The notes under the pieces are model-generated. The model did not search any database. It was not told the origin of the DNA and saw only the letters and a list, made by a program, of their open reading frames with translations. A program made the position numbers and the translations under genes. Shown in pieces: positions 47,142-55,770 of a DNA stretch of 64,000 bases. Each line of letters opens with the position of its first letter. Positions within the stretch are counted from its first letter, which is position 1. The DNA comes from an uncultured Ignavibacteriaceae bacterium (GTDB taxonomy: Bacteria; Bacteroidota; Ignavibacteria; UBA10030), in NCBI GenBank assembly GCA_964473365.1, contig CAYYOV010000002.1, forward strand, positions 97,576-161,575, read 5' to 3'.

Positions 47142-48122
47142 CTACCGTGCCGGCGCGCCGTGAGCGGGGGAGACGCCGTATTCCGCTGCTGCCCAGAGCG
47201 TGAGGATCGCTGTGAGCCCTGCGATCGCCCGTTTCTCGTCCTCGAGGTGGATGACGAGACCGTACGTATCTGCGACGAAATGAATATAGCCCAGCACGCG
47301 GCGGGCTCGTGATTTGTTGACCCATCCATGCCACAGGCTGACCTGATCGACGATCATGGCTTCATGGCGACGGAGGAATTCGCCGAGCGAGATGACGCGA
47401 GAGCTCTGTGGTGTGCGAGGCTTGCAAAGATTCATCAGGTCGGTGACGTACTGCTCCATATGGCGCGCAAGGAACCGGTTGCTACGCCGGCGGAGATACA
47501 ACGTCCGAGCGATTGAGAACCGGGCCTTTGTGCGAACGCGGAATCTGGGGACCACCGGGTGAAAATCGTAGATCGTCTGGACCGCCTTTCGATCCACCTC
47601 ATCTTCCTCGTGGTACACCCAGGCCTTGCTGAGCTCACGCCACGATTGGATCGTCAGGACCTCCTTCATGCGGCTATCGAGAACAATGTATCGTCCGCGC
47701 TCGACTTTGACGACGGTCACCCAGTGCTGCCATTCCTGGACGCAGAGCAGGCACGGAATGCCGCGCTTGAGGAACCTGTGCAATTCCTTCCGGGCACTTC
47801 CGGCTTCGAAGCGTCGAACAACGTTCAGCGAGGCATTGAACTGTCGGGCGGCCCGGGCCAATTGGATCTCATCGGTACCGTACCACCAGTTCGTGCCGGC
47901 GGCCTTCGAGATCTGTTTCTCATTGGCAAAGATGCCGAGGGTCGCCAGCGCATGCTTCAGGGCGAAGGGTCCGCACTGCCAGAGATTGGGTTGTGGGTAG
48001 AAGCCCATGGGTCTTGATGACGGGATGATGAACCTAGACAAACTTTCGCCGAAGGTCAACGCATGAACTTGTCTCGGAGCGCAAAAAGACCGAAATTCAA
48101 GCGATGACGACATCGCAGACAA
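47142..48122 (-). CDS. Cytoplasmic C39-like (papain-fold) cysteine peptidase domain protein with uncharacterised C-terminal domain
   Basis: 326 aa with no signal peptide or TM segment. The N-terminal ~160 aa read YPQPNLWQCGPFALKHALATLG ... IPCLLCVQEWQHWVTVVKVERGRYIVLDSR. That gives Gln44, Cys50 (codon 47973..47975), His133 (47724..47726) and Asp149 in C39-like order and spacing. The C-terminal ~170 aa are not recognised. The start is uncertain (Met1, Met4 or Met39). Confidence 0.5.
   Translation of the reverse strand: MSAMSSSLEFRSFCAPRQVHALTFGESLSRFIIPSSRPMGFYPQPNLWQCGPFALKHALATLGIFANEKQISKAAGTNWWYGTDEIQLARAARQFNASLNVVRRFEAGSARKELHRFLKRGIPCLLCVQEWQHWVTVVKVERGRYIVLDSRMKEVLTIQSWRELSKAWVYHEEDEVDRKAVQTIYDFHPVVPRFRVRTKARFSIARTLYLRRRSNRFLARHMEQYVTDLMNLCKPRTPQSSRVISLGEFLRRHEAMIVDQVSLWHGWVNKSRARRVLGYIHFVADTYGLVIHLEDEKRAIAGLTAILTLWAAAEYGVSPAHGAPAR
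48069..48097 (+). promoter_or_regulatory. Candidate promoter (TTGTCT-N17-GAAATT) ending 6 nt before the ATP-grasp ATG
   Basis: TTGTCT at 48069..48074, a 17-nt spacer, GAAATT at 48092..48097, then CAAGCG and ATG 48104. If real, the mRNA would be leaderless. Confidence 0.3.
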
Positions 48123-49195
48123 CGGTCGGGATCCTCTTCAATCTCACCGGCGAGGACGAATACGAGCGTCTCCGTGGTTTTGACCCGAAGTCGCTCGGCT
48201 TCACGCCTGAGTATCGGATCGAGGTTGCCACGGCCATAGAAGAATACGAGGCCCTGGCAACGGCGCTCGAGCGGGAAGGCTTTCGGGTACGGCTGCTGAA
48301 CATCGAGGACAATCTTTCTCGGATGCAGGAACTCCTGCGGCGGAACAAGGTGGATGTTGTCTTCAACCTCGTGGAGCACTTTCGGGAGGAATCGGGCCTG
48401 GAGTCGGCCGTCGCCGGCGTGCTGGAATTGCTCAACATTCCCTACACCGGTGCCACCCCGTTCGCCCTGACACTCTGTCAGCGGAAAGGACTGACCAAGC
48501 AGGTCCTACTAGCCAACGGCGTTCCCACGCCTCACTACCGGCTCTTGTATGAGCATTCCTTGCCTCAGCGGCATGGTCTGCGATACCCGGTGATCGTCAA
48601 ACCCGCGCGTGAAGATGCGAGCGCCGGGATCCATCCGCACTCGGTGGCTCGAACTTGGAAAGCTCTTCGGGCTGCGTTGAAAGGAGCGTTCAAGGAATTC
48701 CGTCCCCCCATCCTCGTCGAAGAGTTCATTGACGGCCGTGAACTGCATGTGAGCATTCTGGGGAATGATCCGCCGAAGGCACTCCCGGTGCTCGAGTACG
48801 ATTTCAGGGATCTTCCCGCGCGTCATCCCCGGATCCTGTCCTACGCGACAAAATGGGACCCTCTGCAGGAGGCATATCACCGGATCCACGCCGTGTGCCC
48901 CGCGCCCTTGAGTCCCTCCATGACGAAAGCCGTACAACGGATGGCCGTGCGCGCGTTCGAGCTGACCGGGTCACGGGATTATGCGCGGGTCGATCTCCGT
49001 CTCTCGACGACGCGAGGGATCCACGTACTCGAAGTGAATCCCAACCCGGATCTGACGGAAGGGGTCTCGTTCATGGACTCTGCCGAAAAGGCCGGCCTGT
49101 CATTTTCTGGGACGTTACGGCAGATCATCGAAATGGCGTTGGCCCGGCGTCCGCAGGTAGCCGCATTCCCCCCGAATTCGTTGAAGCAGACCTAA
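48104..49195 (+). CDS. ATP-grasp enzyme of the D-alanine--D-alanine ligase family (paralogue type; substrate unknown)
   Basis: 363 aa. Strings YPVIVKPAREDASAGI, LVEEFIDGRELHVSILGN and YARVDLRLSTTRGIHVLEVNPNPDL are present. I do not see the typical Ddl NT.PGfT ending, so I do not call it ddl. Confidence 0.7.
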   Translation: MTTSQTTVGILFNLTGEDEYERLRGFDPKSLGFTPEYRIEVATAIEEYEALATALEREGFRVRLLNIEDNLSRMQELLRRNKVDVVFNLVEHFREESGLESAVAGVLELLNIPYTGATPFALTLCQRKGLTKQVLLANGVPTPHYRLLYEHSLPQRHGLRYPVIVKPAREDASAGIHPHSVARTWKALRAALKGAFKEFRPPILVEEFIDGRELHVSILGNDPPKALPVLEYDFRDLPARHPRILSYATKWDPLQEAYHRIHAVCPAPLSPSMTKAVQRMAVRAFELTGSRDYARVDLRLSTTRGIHVLEVNPNPDLTEGVSFMDSAEKAGLSFSGTLRQIIEMALARRPQVAAFPPNSLKQT

Positions 49196-49258
49196 CGACT
49201 CACTGTCGACCCGACCAGAAGGGCGACGGTGATGTGACGACCTACTGATCGCACGGTT

Positions 49259-49290
49259 CCCGGTCCAGAGCGACCGGGATCGCTGTTCTT
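49259..49290 (+). terminator. Stem-loop terminator after the ATP-grasp gene
   Basis: 7-bp stem CCCGGTC (49259..49265) / GACCGGG (49272..49278) with a 6-nt loop, followed by ATCGCTGTTCTT. Confidence 0.5.
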
Positions 49291-49395
49291 GGCGCTTCGC
49301 CGTCTGCTCGGGGAAGTGTCAGGAAGACGCGGCAGACGTGTGCGTCACGAACCTATCCCCTCAATTCTTTGCACTTCCTTTCGTATGTTGTCCCC

Positions 49396-51993
49396 ATGTC
49401 CACCCCCCTGATGCGCCAATACCAGCAGGTCAAGGCGAAGCATCCCGAGACCGTCCTGTTGTTCAGGATGGGGGACTTCTTCGAGACGTTCGAAGAAGAT
49501 GCCAAGATCACGTCGCGGGTCCTGGGCATCACCTTGACGAAGCGTGGGAACGGAGCGGCAGGCGAAGTGCCGCTGGCAGGATTCCCGCACCACGCTCTGG
49601 ATGCATACTTACCGAAGCTCGTCCGCGCGGGGTATCGCGTTGCCGTGTGTGAACAGCTCGAAGATCCGAAATTCGCGAAGGGGATCGTCAAGCGTGACGT
49701 GATCGAGGTTGTCACCCCGGGCGTGTCCTTCTCCGAAAAGGTCCTTGACCGTTCGCAGAACAACTTCCTCGCGGCGGTGGCACTTTCCTCGCCCCTTGCT
49801 CAAGGCACCGATCTGGCGGGCTGTGCATGGGTGGACATCTCGACCGGAGAATTCTACGCGACTGAAGTTCCACTGGCGCGCCTCCCGGAGCATCTGGCTG
49901 GGCTTGGCGTTGCTGAAGTGTTGGTTCAAAAGCGGGATGACCAGGCACTTGCAACACTGTTGACGCCAGTCAACGCTCTTCGGACCCGCATGGATGATTG
50001 GGTATTCCACCGGGACTACGGGTACGAAGCGCTCATCACCCATTTCAAGACTCAGAGCCTCAAAGGATTCGGCCTCGAGGAGCTTTCTGTCGGGGTGATC
50101 GCTTCTGGCGCCGTCCTTCACTACCTGCAAGAGACCCAGCGTTCGAACCTTCCGCATCTTCGACGGGTCGTCGCAGTCGATCTGGCCGAGACCATTGTCC
50201 TCGATCCATCAACGAAGCGAAACCTCGAGATCACAGCTGCGATGTCGGGGGGCACGGATGGTTCGCTCTTCTCGGTGCTCGACCACACCCACACGCCCAT
50301 GGGTGGCCGCATGCTCAAGCAATGGGTGCATCATCCGCTGAAGCGGCTGGAGCCGATCGAACGACGGCTTGAGGCAGTTGCGGACCTGGTCAGTGCGGAC
50401 CGATCTCGAGAGGCACTGCAGGGCCTCCTGGCGAAGGTCGGCGACCTGGAGCGTCTGCTCGCGCGAATTGCCACCGGCCGGTCCGGACCGCGTGATGTAG
50501 TGGCTCTACGCCAATCGCTCGAGCACATTCCGGCGATCGCGAAGGCTGGCACCGCCTTCCAGGCGCCGCTCCTTGTCGAACTGGCCGACGCTCTCGATCC
50601 CCTTGGAGAGGTCGTTACGCGGATCGCGAATTCCATCGTGGACGAACCTCCGGCCACGCTGGCCGATGGAGGTGTCATCCGACCTGGGTTCAATGCCGAC
50701 CTCGACGAGTTGCGTTCGGTCGCGTTCGGTGCCAAGGACTGGATCGCACGCCTCCAGCAAACGGAGCGTGAGCGGACAGGCATATCGTCCCTCAAGGTCG
50801 GATTCAACAACGTGTTCGGATACTACCTGGAGATCACGAACACGCACAAGGACAAAGTGCCGGCGGATTATCTGCGCAAGCAGACGTTGGCCAACGCGGA
50901 GCGCTACATCACGCCCGCCCTGAAAGAGTACGAAGACAAGGTCATGCACGCCGAGGAGCGGATCCTGCAACTGGAGACGGAGCTCTTCCAGGAGATCCGC
51001 GCGGCCGTCGCGCTGTCTGCGGCGGCCATCCAGGAGAACGCCAGGCGCTTGGCCCAGCTGGATTGCCTCGCGTCGCTTGCGCAAACGGCTGTAGAGCAAC
51101 GATACGTGCGTCCGACCGTCGATGCTTCAATGACGCTTGAGATCGTTGGCGGACGGCATCCGGTCATTGAGCGATTCCTGCCCCCGGGGGAGACATACCA
51201 GGAGAACGATTGTCACCTTGACCCGGACGACGCTCAGATCCTGATCATCACCGGCCCGAATATGAGCGGCAAGTCGAGCTATTTGCGGCAGGTGGGTCTG
51301 ATCGTCCTCCTTGCCCATATCGGTAGTTTCGTGCCGGCGGCATCGGCACACGTGGGCTTGGTCGACCGGATCTACACCCGGGTCGGTGCGAGCGACAACA
51401 TTGCTGCCGGGGAAAGCACCTTCCTCGTCGAAATGCACGAAGCGGCGCATATCGTCAATACCGCTACGAAGCGGAGTCTGATCCTTCTGGACGAAGTGGG
51501 CCGCGGAACGAGCACCTTCGACGGCATCAGCATTGCGTGGGCGCTCACGGAGTACTTGCATGAACGCATCGGCGCCAAGACCCTGTTCGCGACGCACTAT
51601 CACGAGTTGAACGAATTGTCGCAGCTCCTGGCCCGGGTTCGGAACGTCAAAGTGGACGTGCGTGAATACGGCGACAAGGTGGTCTTCCTGCATCGGGTGG
51701 TTCCAGGGTTTGCCGACCATTCGTATGGCATTCAGGTAGCGCAGATGGCTGGACTACCGGCTGAACTGACGGTACGGGCAACCGAGATCCTAAAGAACCT
51801 GGAATCATCCGAGCTCGTGACCCATCGGAGCGCCCGACGAACAGCCCCGGAGGCCGCCCCGCAAATCAGCCTGTTCGAGATGCGGGAGGATCGACTACGA
51901 GAAGCCCTTCGCGGAGTCGATCCAAACTCGATCACGCCTCTGGACGCCTTGCAGATCATCGCCAAGCTTAAGAAGGACTTCGATATCGATTAG
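49396..51993 (+). CDS. mutS: DNA mismatch repair protein MutS
   Basis: The N-terminus is MSTPLMRQYQQVKAKHPETVLLFRMGDFFETF. Walker A is ITGPNMSGKSSYLRQ, followed by STFLVEMHEAA and DEVGRGTSTFDG. Preferred start is ATG 49396; the track start 49369 is a TTG. Confidence 0.94.
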   Translation: MSTPLMRQYQQVKAKHPETVLLFRMGDFFETFEEDAKITSRVLGITLTKRGNGAAGEVPLAGFPHHALDAYLPKLVRAGYRVAVCEQLEDPKFAKGIVKRDVIEVVTPGVSFSEKVLDRSQNNFLAAVALSSPLAQGTDLAGCAWVDISTGEFYATEVPLARLPEHLAGLGVAEVLVQKRDDQALATLLTPVNALRTRMDDWVFHRDYGYEALITHFKTQSLKGFGLEELSVGVIASGAVLHYLQETQRSNLPHLRRVVAVDLAETIVLDPSTKRNLEITAAMSGGTDGSLFSVLDHTHTPMGGRMLKQWVHHPLKRLEPIERRLEAVADLVSADRSREALQGLLAKVGDLERLLARIATGRSGPRDVVALRQSLEHIPAIAKAGTAFQAPLLVELADALDPLGEVVTRIANSIVDEPPATLADGGVIRPGFNADLDELRSVAFGAKDWIARLQQTERERTGISSLKVGFNNVFGYYLEITNTHKDKVPADYLRKQTLANAERYITPALKEYEDKVMHAEERILQLETELFQEIRAAVALSAAAIQENARRLAQLDCLASLAQTAVEQRYVRPTVDASMTLEIVGGRHPVIERFLPPGETYQENDCHLDPDDAQILIITGPNMSGKSSYLRQVGLIVLLAHIGSFVPAASAHVGLVDRIYTRVGASDNIAAGESTFLVEMHEAAHIVNTATKRSLILLDEVGRGTSTFDGISIAWALTEYLHERIGAKTLFATHYHELNELSQLLARVRNVKVDVREYGDKVVFLHRVVPGFADHSYGIQVAQMAGLPAELTVRATEILKNLESSELVTHRSARRTAPEAAPQISLFEMREDRLREALRGVDPNSITPLDALQIIAKLKKDFDID

Positions 51994-52110
51994 CGGCGGG
52001 GGCCGGTGGTGCGACGAGCGCCGACTACCACCAGGACCGCTTTGCGCTCTGAGTTGCGTTTCATCCGCAGGGGTGTGAATTCGCCCTGATCTTCCATCAA
52101 TTGTATTCCC

Positions 52111-52710
52111 GTGCTCATGATTCTGCTTCGTACGCATCGACTTTCCCATCTTCCGGCCCTCGAAGTGGATCCGGTATTGTTTGAACCCCGATTCGCGAGC
52201 CATTGCTCGATGACGAATTGCAACGCGCATTGCTGCCGGGACGGAGTCTGGGCCGATCCTACGGAGAAGGCCCGGATCCTGGACCATGCCGAAATGATCA
52301 TCCGCCACATGGATCCGGATCAACCGAAGGACCCGGCTAGGTGGTTCAGCGGAGAGGTCGAGGAAGATGCGGACTACCCGTCGGGACATTGCGTCGGAAC
52401 GGCCACGGCGGACCGAGGATGCGTCTTTCTCGACGGTCGAGGATGGTGTGTGCTTCAGAAAGCTGCGGCGGCCGAGGGGATGAACAAATTTGCCCTCAAG
52501 CCGTATTACTGTGTGGCATTCCCCTTGACGGTGTCTGACGGCGTGCTGACAGTCGACGATCCAGACTTCACCAACAGGACGACCTGCTGCAGCGTCGTCG
52601 AGAACGGTCACCATGCGCCGGCGGATGTTTGTCGCGAGGAACTGGAGTTCATGCTTGGCCCCGAGGGGATGAGCGAGCTGGATGAACTCAGAAAAGACCG
52701 TCAACGTTGA
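52111..52710 (+). CDS. DUF3109-like Cys-rich (putative Fe/Zn-binding) protein
   Basis: 199 aa. Strings CSMTNCNAHCCRDGVW, RGCVFLDGRGWCVLQKAA and KPYYCVAFPL are present. The start could be GTG 52111 or ATG 52117. The antisense ORF 51895..52737 is rejected. Confidence 0.6.
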   Translation: MLMILLRTHRLSHLPALEVDPVLFEPRFASHCSMTNCNAHCCRDGVWADPTEKARILDHAEMIIRHMDPDQPKDPARWFSGEVEEDADYPSGHCVGTATADRGCVFLDGRGWCVLQKAAAAEGMNKFALKPYYCVAFPLTVSDGVLTVDDPDFTNRTTCCSVVENGHHAPADVCREELEFMLGPEGMSELDELRKDRQR

Positions 52711-52776
52711 AGATGGAATGTCGAGAGGTCTGACCACCGTTCTTTCTGATACCTAAGGTCGCACTCACATACACAC

Positions 52777-53292
52777 TTGCCGGGGTCTACGATGGAATCG
52801 ACACCAGTCATCACCGCTGCACCGACTCCTCTGGTCTATGCCGGGTTCTGGAAACGTTTTGCCGCGTACCTGATCGATTCGATCGTGATCGGTATCGTCG
52901 CCATGATCATCCTTCTTCCGTTCTTCATCATGATGGGCTTCGGAATCGTGATGTCGGCAACCTCCGATGATGCCGAGCAGGTGATCCCGGCGGTCATTGG
53001 CGCGATCGTCGGATACCTGATGCTGGGACTCCTGGCGGCTATCGGTCAATGGCTCTACTTCGCGCTGATGGAATCCTCGAAGCATCAGGGAACGCTCGGC
53101 AAGATGGCGCTGGGCATTCGAGTCACCGATCTGGCCGGAAACCGCATAACGTTTGGGCGGGCTACGGGACGCTATTTTGCGAAGATCATCTCCGGCTTGA
53201 CCATGGGCGTCGGCTATGTGCTTGCTGCGTTCACGGAAAAGAAGCAGGCGCTGCACGATATGATCGCAGGGTGTCTGGTCGTGGATCGCTGA
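52777..53292 (+). CDS. RDD-family membrane protein
   Basis: 171 aa. Strings YAGFWKRFAAYLIDSIVIGIV, GKMALGIRVTD and HDMIAGCLVV are present, with three TM segments. Confidence 0.7.
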   Translation: MPGSTMESTPVITAAPTPLVYAGFWKRFAAYLIDSIVIGIVAMIILLPFFIMMGFGIVMSATSDDAEQVIPAVIGAIVGYLMLGLLAAIGQWLYFALMESSKHQGTLGKMALGIRVTDLAGNRITFGRATGRYFAKIISGLTMGVGYVLAAFTEKKQALHDMIAGCLVVDR

Positions 53293-53465
53293 CGTTACCG
53301 CGGGGAGCGAACGATTGAGGTGGCTTCCTCGCAGACCAGCAGTGACGACGGTAAGATCTGTGAACGAGACCGCGCTTGAGCACCCTTGGGCGCAGACTTC
53401 CTCGTGCTTGTCCACCGTGATCGTCCACTCCACGCATCGATGTGTTCCTCCGCACGTTCCCGGCC

Positions 53466-53494
53466 TTGAGAACCGGCTGACTTCTCGCTAGATT
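53466..53494 (+). promoter_or_regulatory. Candidate sigma70-type promoter (TTGAGA-N17-TAGATT) ending 5 nt before the cyclase GTG
   Basis: TTGAGA at 53466..53471, a 17-nt spacer, then TAGATT at 53489..53494. It shares TCGCTAGATT with the tRNA promoter. Confidence 0.4.
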
Positions 53495-53499
53495 AGTGC

Positions 53500-55662
53500 G
53501 TGCTGTCTGCCATCCGATCCCGTCTTGAGATCAAGGTCCTGCTTCTGATCATCGTCGTGTTGGTGATCGGGTTCGGGACCTATGTCATTCTGTCGATCCA
53601 GCGGGAATCCAGTGCCCTCGTCTCGCAGCAACGCGACCAGCTTCGCATCGCGACGGAAGCCTTGACGGCCGGGATCCGCAATGTCATGCTGACCGGCAAG
53701 TCGCCCTTTGCTGTCGAGTTGGTCAACGATATTCGCAGCAATGTTCGGTTCGTGGATGTCACGATCTACGATCGGTTTGGCCGCGAAGTCTTCCTGCGTG
53801 AAGGGGAAGGGGTCAATCGGGATGTGAATGACCCGATCGTACCCGACGTCCTCCGTTCAGGTCTGCTCCGGACGGCGATGATGCCGACGGACAGCGGAGC
53901 GGTCGCCACATGGTACGCGCCACTGCCGAACCGGCCAGAATGTTGGCGCTGTCATGACACGAAAGACCCTCTGCGAGGGGTCCTTCAGGTTGCGCTTCGG
54001 CCGTCGGTCGCTCAATCGATGGGAGAACGCGCGTCCGTTCGCGATGTGGCTGGAACGCTGACGAACGCGATCGCCATCGCCTTTCGCACGATCATGCTCG
54101 GCGGCCACGGGGACCAGATGGACACGTTGATCGCGGCGGCGGGACAGATCCCCGGTGTCCGGCGGGTCCAGGTCTACGACCGGCTGGGCTCGCTCCACTT
54201 CGGTCCGGAGGCGGAGGAGATCCCGGACACGCAGATCGTGGACATCCTGAAGCCGTTGTCGGCCGCGCACGTTCTTGAGGAACGGTCAGGTCGGGTACGG
54301 GTCTTCGCGCCGTTGGTCAATGAGGATCGGTGCCAGGTCTGCCACGGTGGCAAGTTCCCCATGCGGGGCGTGCTCGTGGTCGACTTCGATCGTCCCGCCT
54401 TGACCCGATGTGCGCGTGATCCCGAAGGTGAATTCACGGCGGCGCTTCAGTCCTCCATCATCGAGGGCTTTCGGAGCATCATGCTGGTCGGCCGGGCGAC
54501 GTCGGCCCGATTCTTCATGGACGAGTTGCGCGACCAGCAGGTGTTGCAGACGCTCCGCGTTTTCGATCGTCACGGTTACGAGCGTTTTCTGAACCCTCCG
54601 CCACGCACGCGTTCGGTCCTCGCACGCGTCATCGAGCAGCGGGACACGCTCGAGTTTCAGGAAGGAACGGGAGCAGACGAGCGCCTCGTTCGCATCGTCC
54701 AGATCCCGAACGAGAATCGATGCTACCCATGCCACGGATCAGCGCACAAGGTCCGGGCGGCCGTCGAGGTCTCGACGTCGATGGCGGCCATCAACGAGCT
54801 CGTGCGGGAGAATCAGATCCGGTCGGCTCTTATTGGGGCTCTGACGATCGTGTTGGTTTGGGGTACGCTGCGCATTTTCATGCGGCGGGTGGTGCTCCGG
54901 CCCGTGCAGGACATCGAACGCGTCGCGTCGCGAGTAGGTGCCGGGGATCTGTCGGTCGAGGCGCACATTCATTCGCTCGACGAGATCGGCACCCTGGCCC
55001 GACGCATCAACGAGATGGTCCAGGGTCTTCGGGAGCGTTTCCACCTTGAGCGATTCGTCTCGCAAGGCACAGTGGATGCAGTCCGGCGCAGCGATCTCGA
55101 CGGCGTTTCGTTGGGGGGAGTGAGAAAGAAGGCGACGGTGTTCTTTTCGGACATCCGGGGTTTCACGGCCTACGCTGAGCGGGTGGAGCCGGAACGGGTC
55201 GTGAGCATGCTCAATGCCATCCTGTCGGCGCAGGCTTCGATCGTCCGGAAATTCGGCGGCGATATCGACAAGTACGTGGGCGACGAATTGGTGGCGGTCT
55301 TTGAGGGGGACGACATGGTTGCTCGAGCCGTCCGTGCCGCCGTCGAGATCCAGGCAAGTGCATCCGGGGCACTCGAGGACGCAGATCGAGAGATCGTTTC
55401 GATCGGGATCGGTGTTCATATGGGTGAACTGATCATGGGAGCGATGGGGAGTGCTGAACGGATGGATTTCACGGTGATCGGCGATACCGTGAATCTTGGT
55501 GCACGGCTCTGCAGCGCCGCAGCGCCGGGACAGACCCTTCTCTCCGACGCGGCCGTCCGTGAGTTGTCTGATCCAGATTGGTGCCGCCTGACGGCCCTCG
55601 AACCGATCATCGTGAAAGGCAAGCGTTCACCGGTCAAGGTGTGGATGGTTGAAGGAGTCTGA
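53500..55662 (+). CDS. Membrane-bound class III adenylate cyclase with a triple CxxCH extracytoplasmic sensor region and HAMP linker
   Basis: 720 aa. TM1 is IKVLLLIIVVLVIGFGTYVILSI. The ~400-aa outside region carries CWRCH (53941..53955), CQVCH (54331..54345) and CYPCH (54721..54735). TM2 is ALIGALTIVLVWGTLRIF, followed by a HAMP-like segment (PVQDIERVASRVGAGDLSVEA...LDEIGTLARRINEMV). The cyclase domain reads ATVFFSDIRGFTAYAE, KYVGDELVAVF, GIGVHMGELIMG and FTVIGDTVNLGARL. The Lys/Asp pair suggests ATP specificity (inference). Confidence 0.8.
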   Translation: MLSAIRSRLEIKVLLLIIVVLVIGFGTYVILSIQRESSALVSQQRDQLRIATEALTAGIRNVMLTGKSPFAVELVNDIRSNVRFVDVTIYDRFGREVFLREGEGVNRDVNDPIVPDVLRSGLLRTAMMPTDSGAVATWYAPLPNRPECWRCHDTKDPLRGVLQVALRPSVAQSMGERASVRDVAGTLTNAIAIAFRTIMLGGHGDQMDTLIAAAGQIPGVRRVQVYDRLGSLHFGPEAEEIPDTQIVDILKPLSAAHVLEERSGRVRVFAPLVNEDRCQVCHGGKFPMRGVLVVDFDRPALTRCARDPEGEFTAALQSSIIEGFRSIMLVGRATSARFFMDELRDQQVLQTLRVFDRHGYERFLNPPPRTRSVLARVIEQRDTLEFQEGTGADERLVRIVQIPNENRCYPCHGSAHKVRAAVEVSTSMAAINELVRENQIRSALIGALTIVLVWGTLRIFMRRVVLRPVQDIERVASRVGAGDLSVEAHIHSLDEIGTLARRINEMVQGLRERFHLERFVSQGTVDAVRRSDLDGVSLGGVRKKATVFFSDIRGFTAYAERVEPERVVSMLNAILSAQASIVRKFGGDIDKYVGDELVAVFEGDDMVARAVRAAVEIQASASGALEDADREIVSIGIGVHMGELIMGAMGSAERMDFTVIGDTVNLGARLCSAAAPGQTLLSDAAVRELSDPDWCRLTALEPIIVKGKRSPVKVWMVEGV

Positions 55663-55770
55663 TGCTCACGCGCCCGGCACTCCAAGCGGCCAACAGTCGG
55701 GAAAGCCGTCTCCGCATGCTCGTATCGTCCAATTCTGCTGCTCAACGTACCTAACGCATATAGTCCTCCA

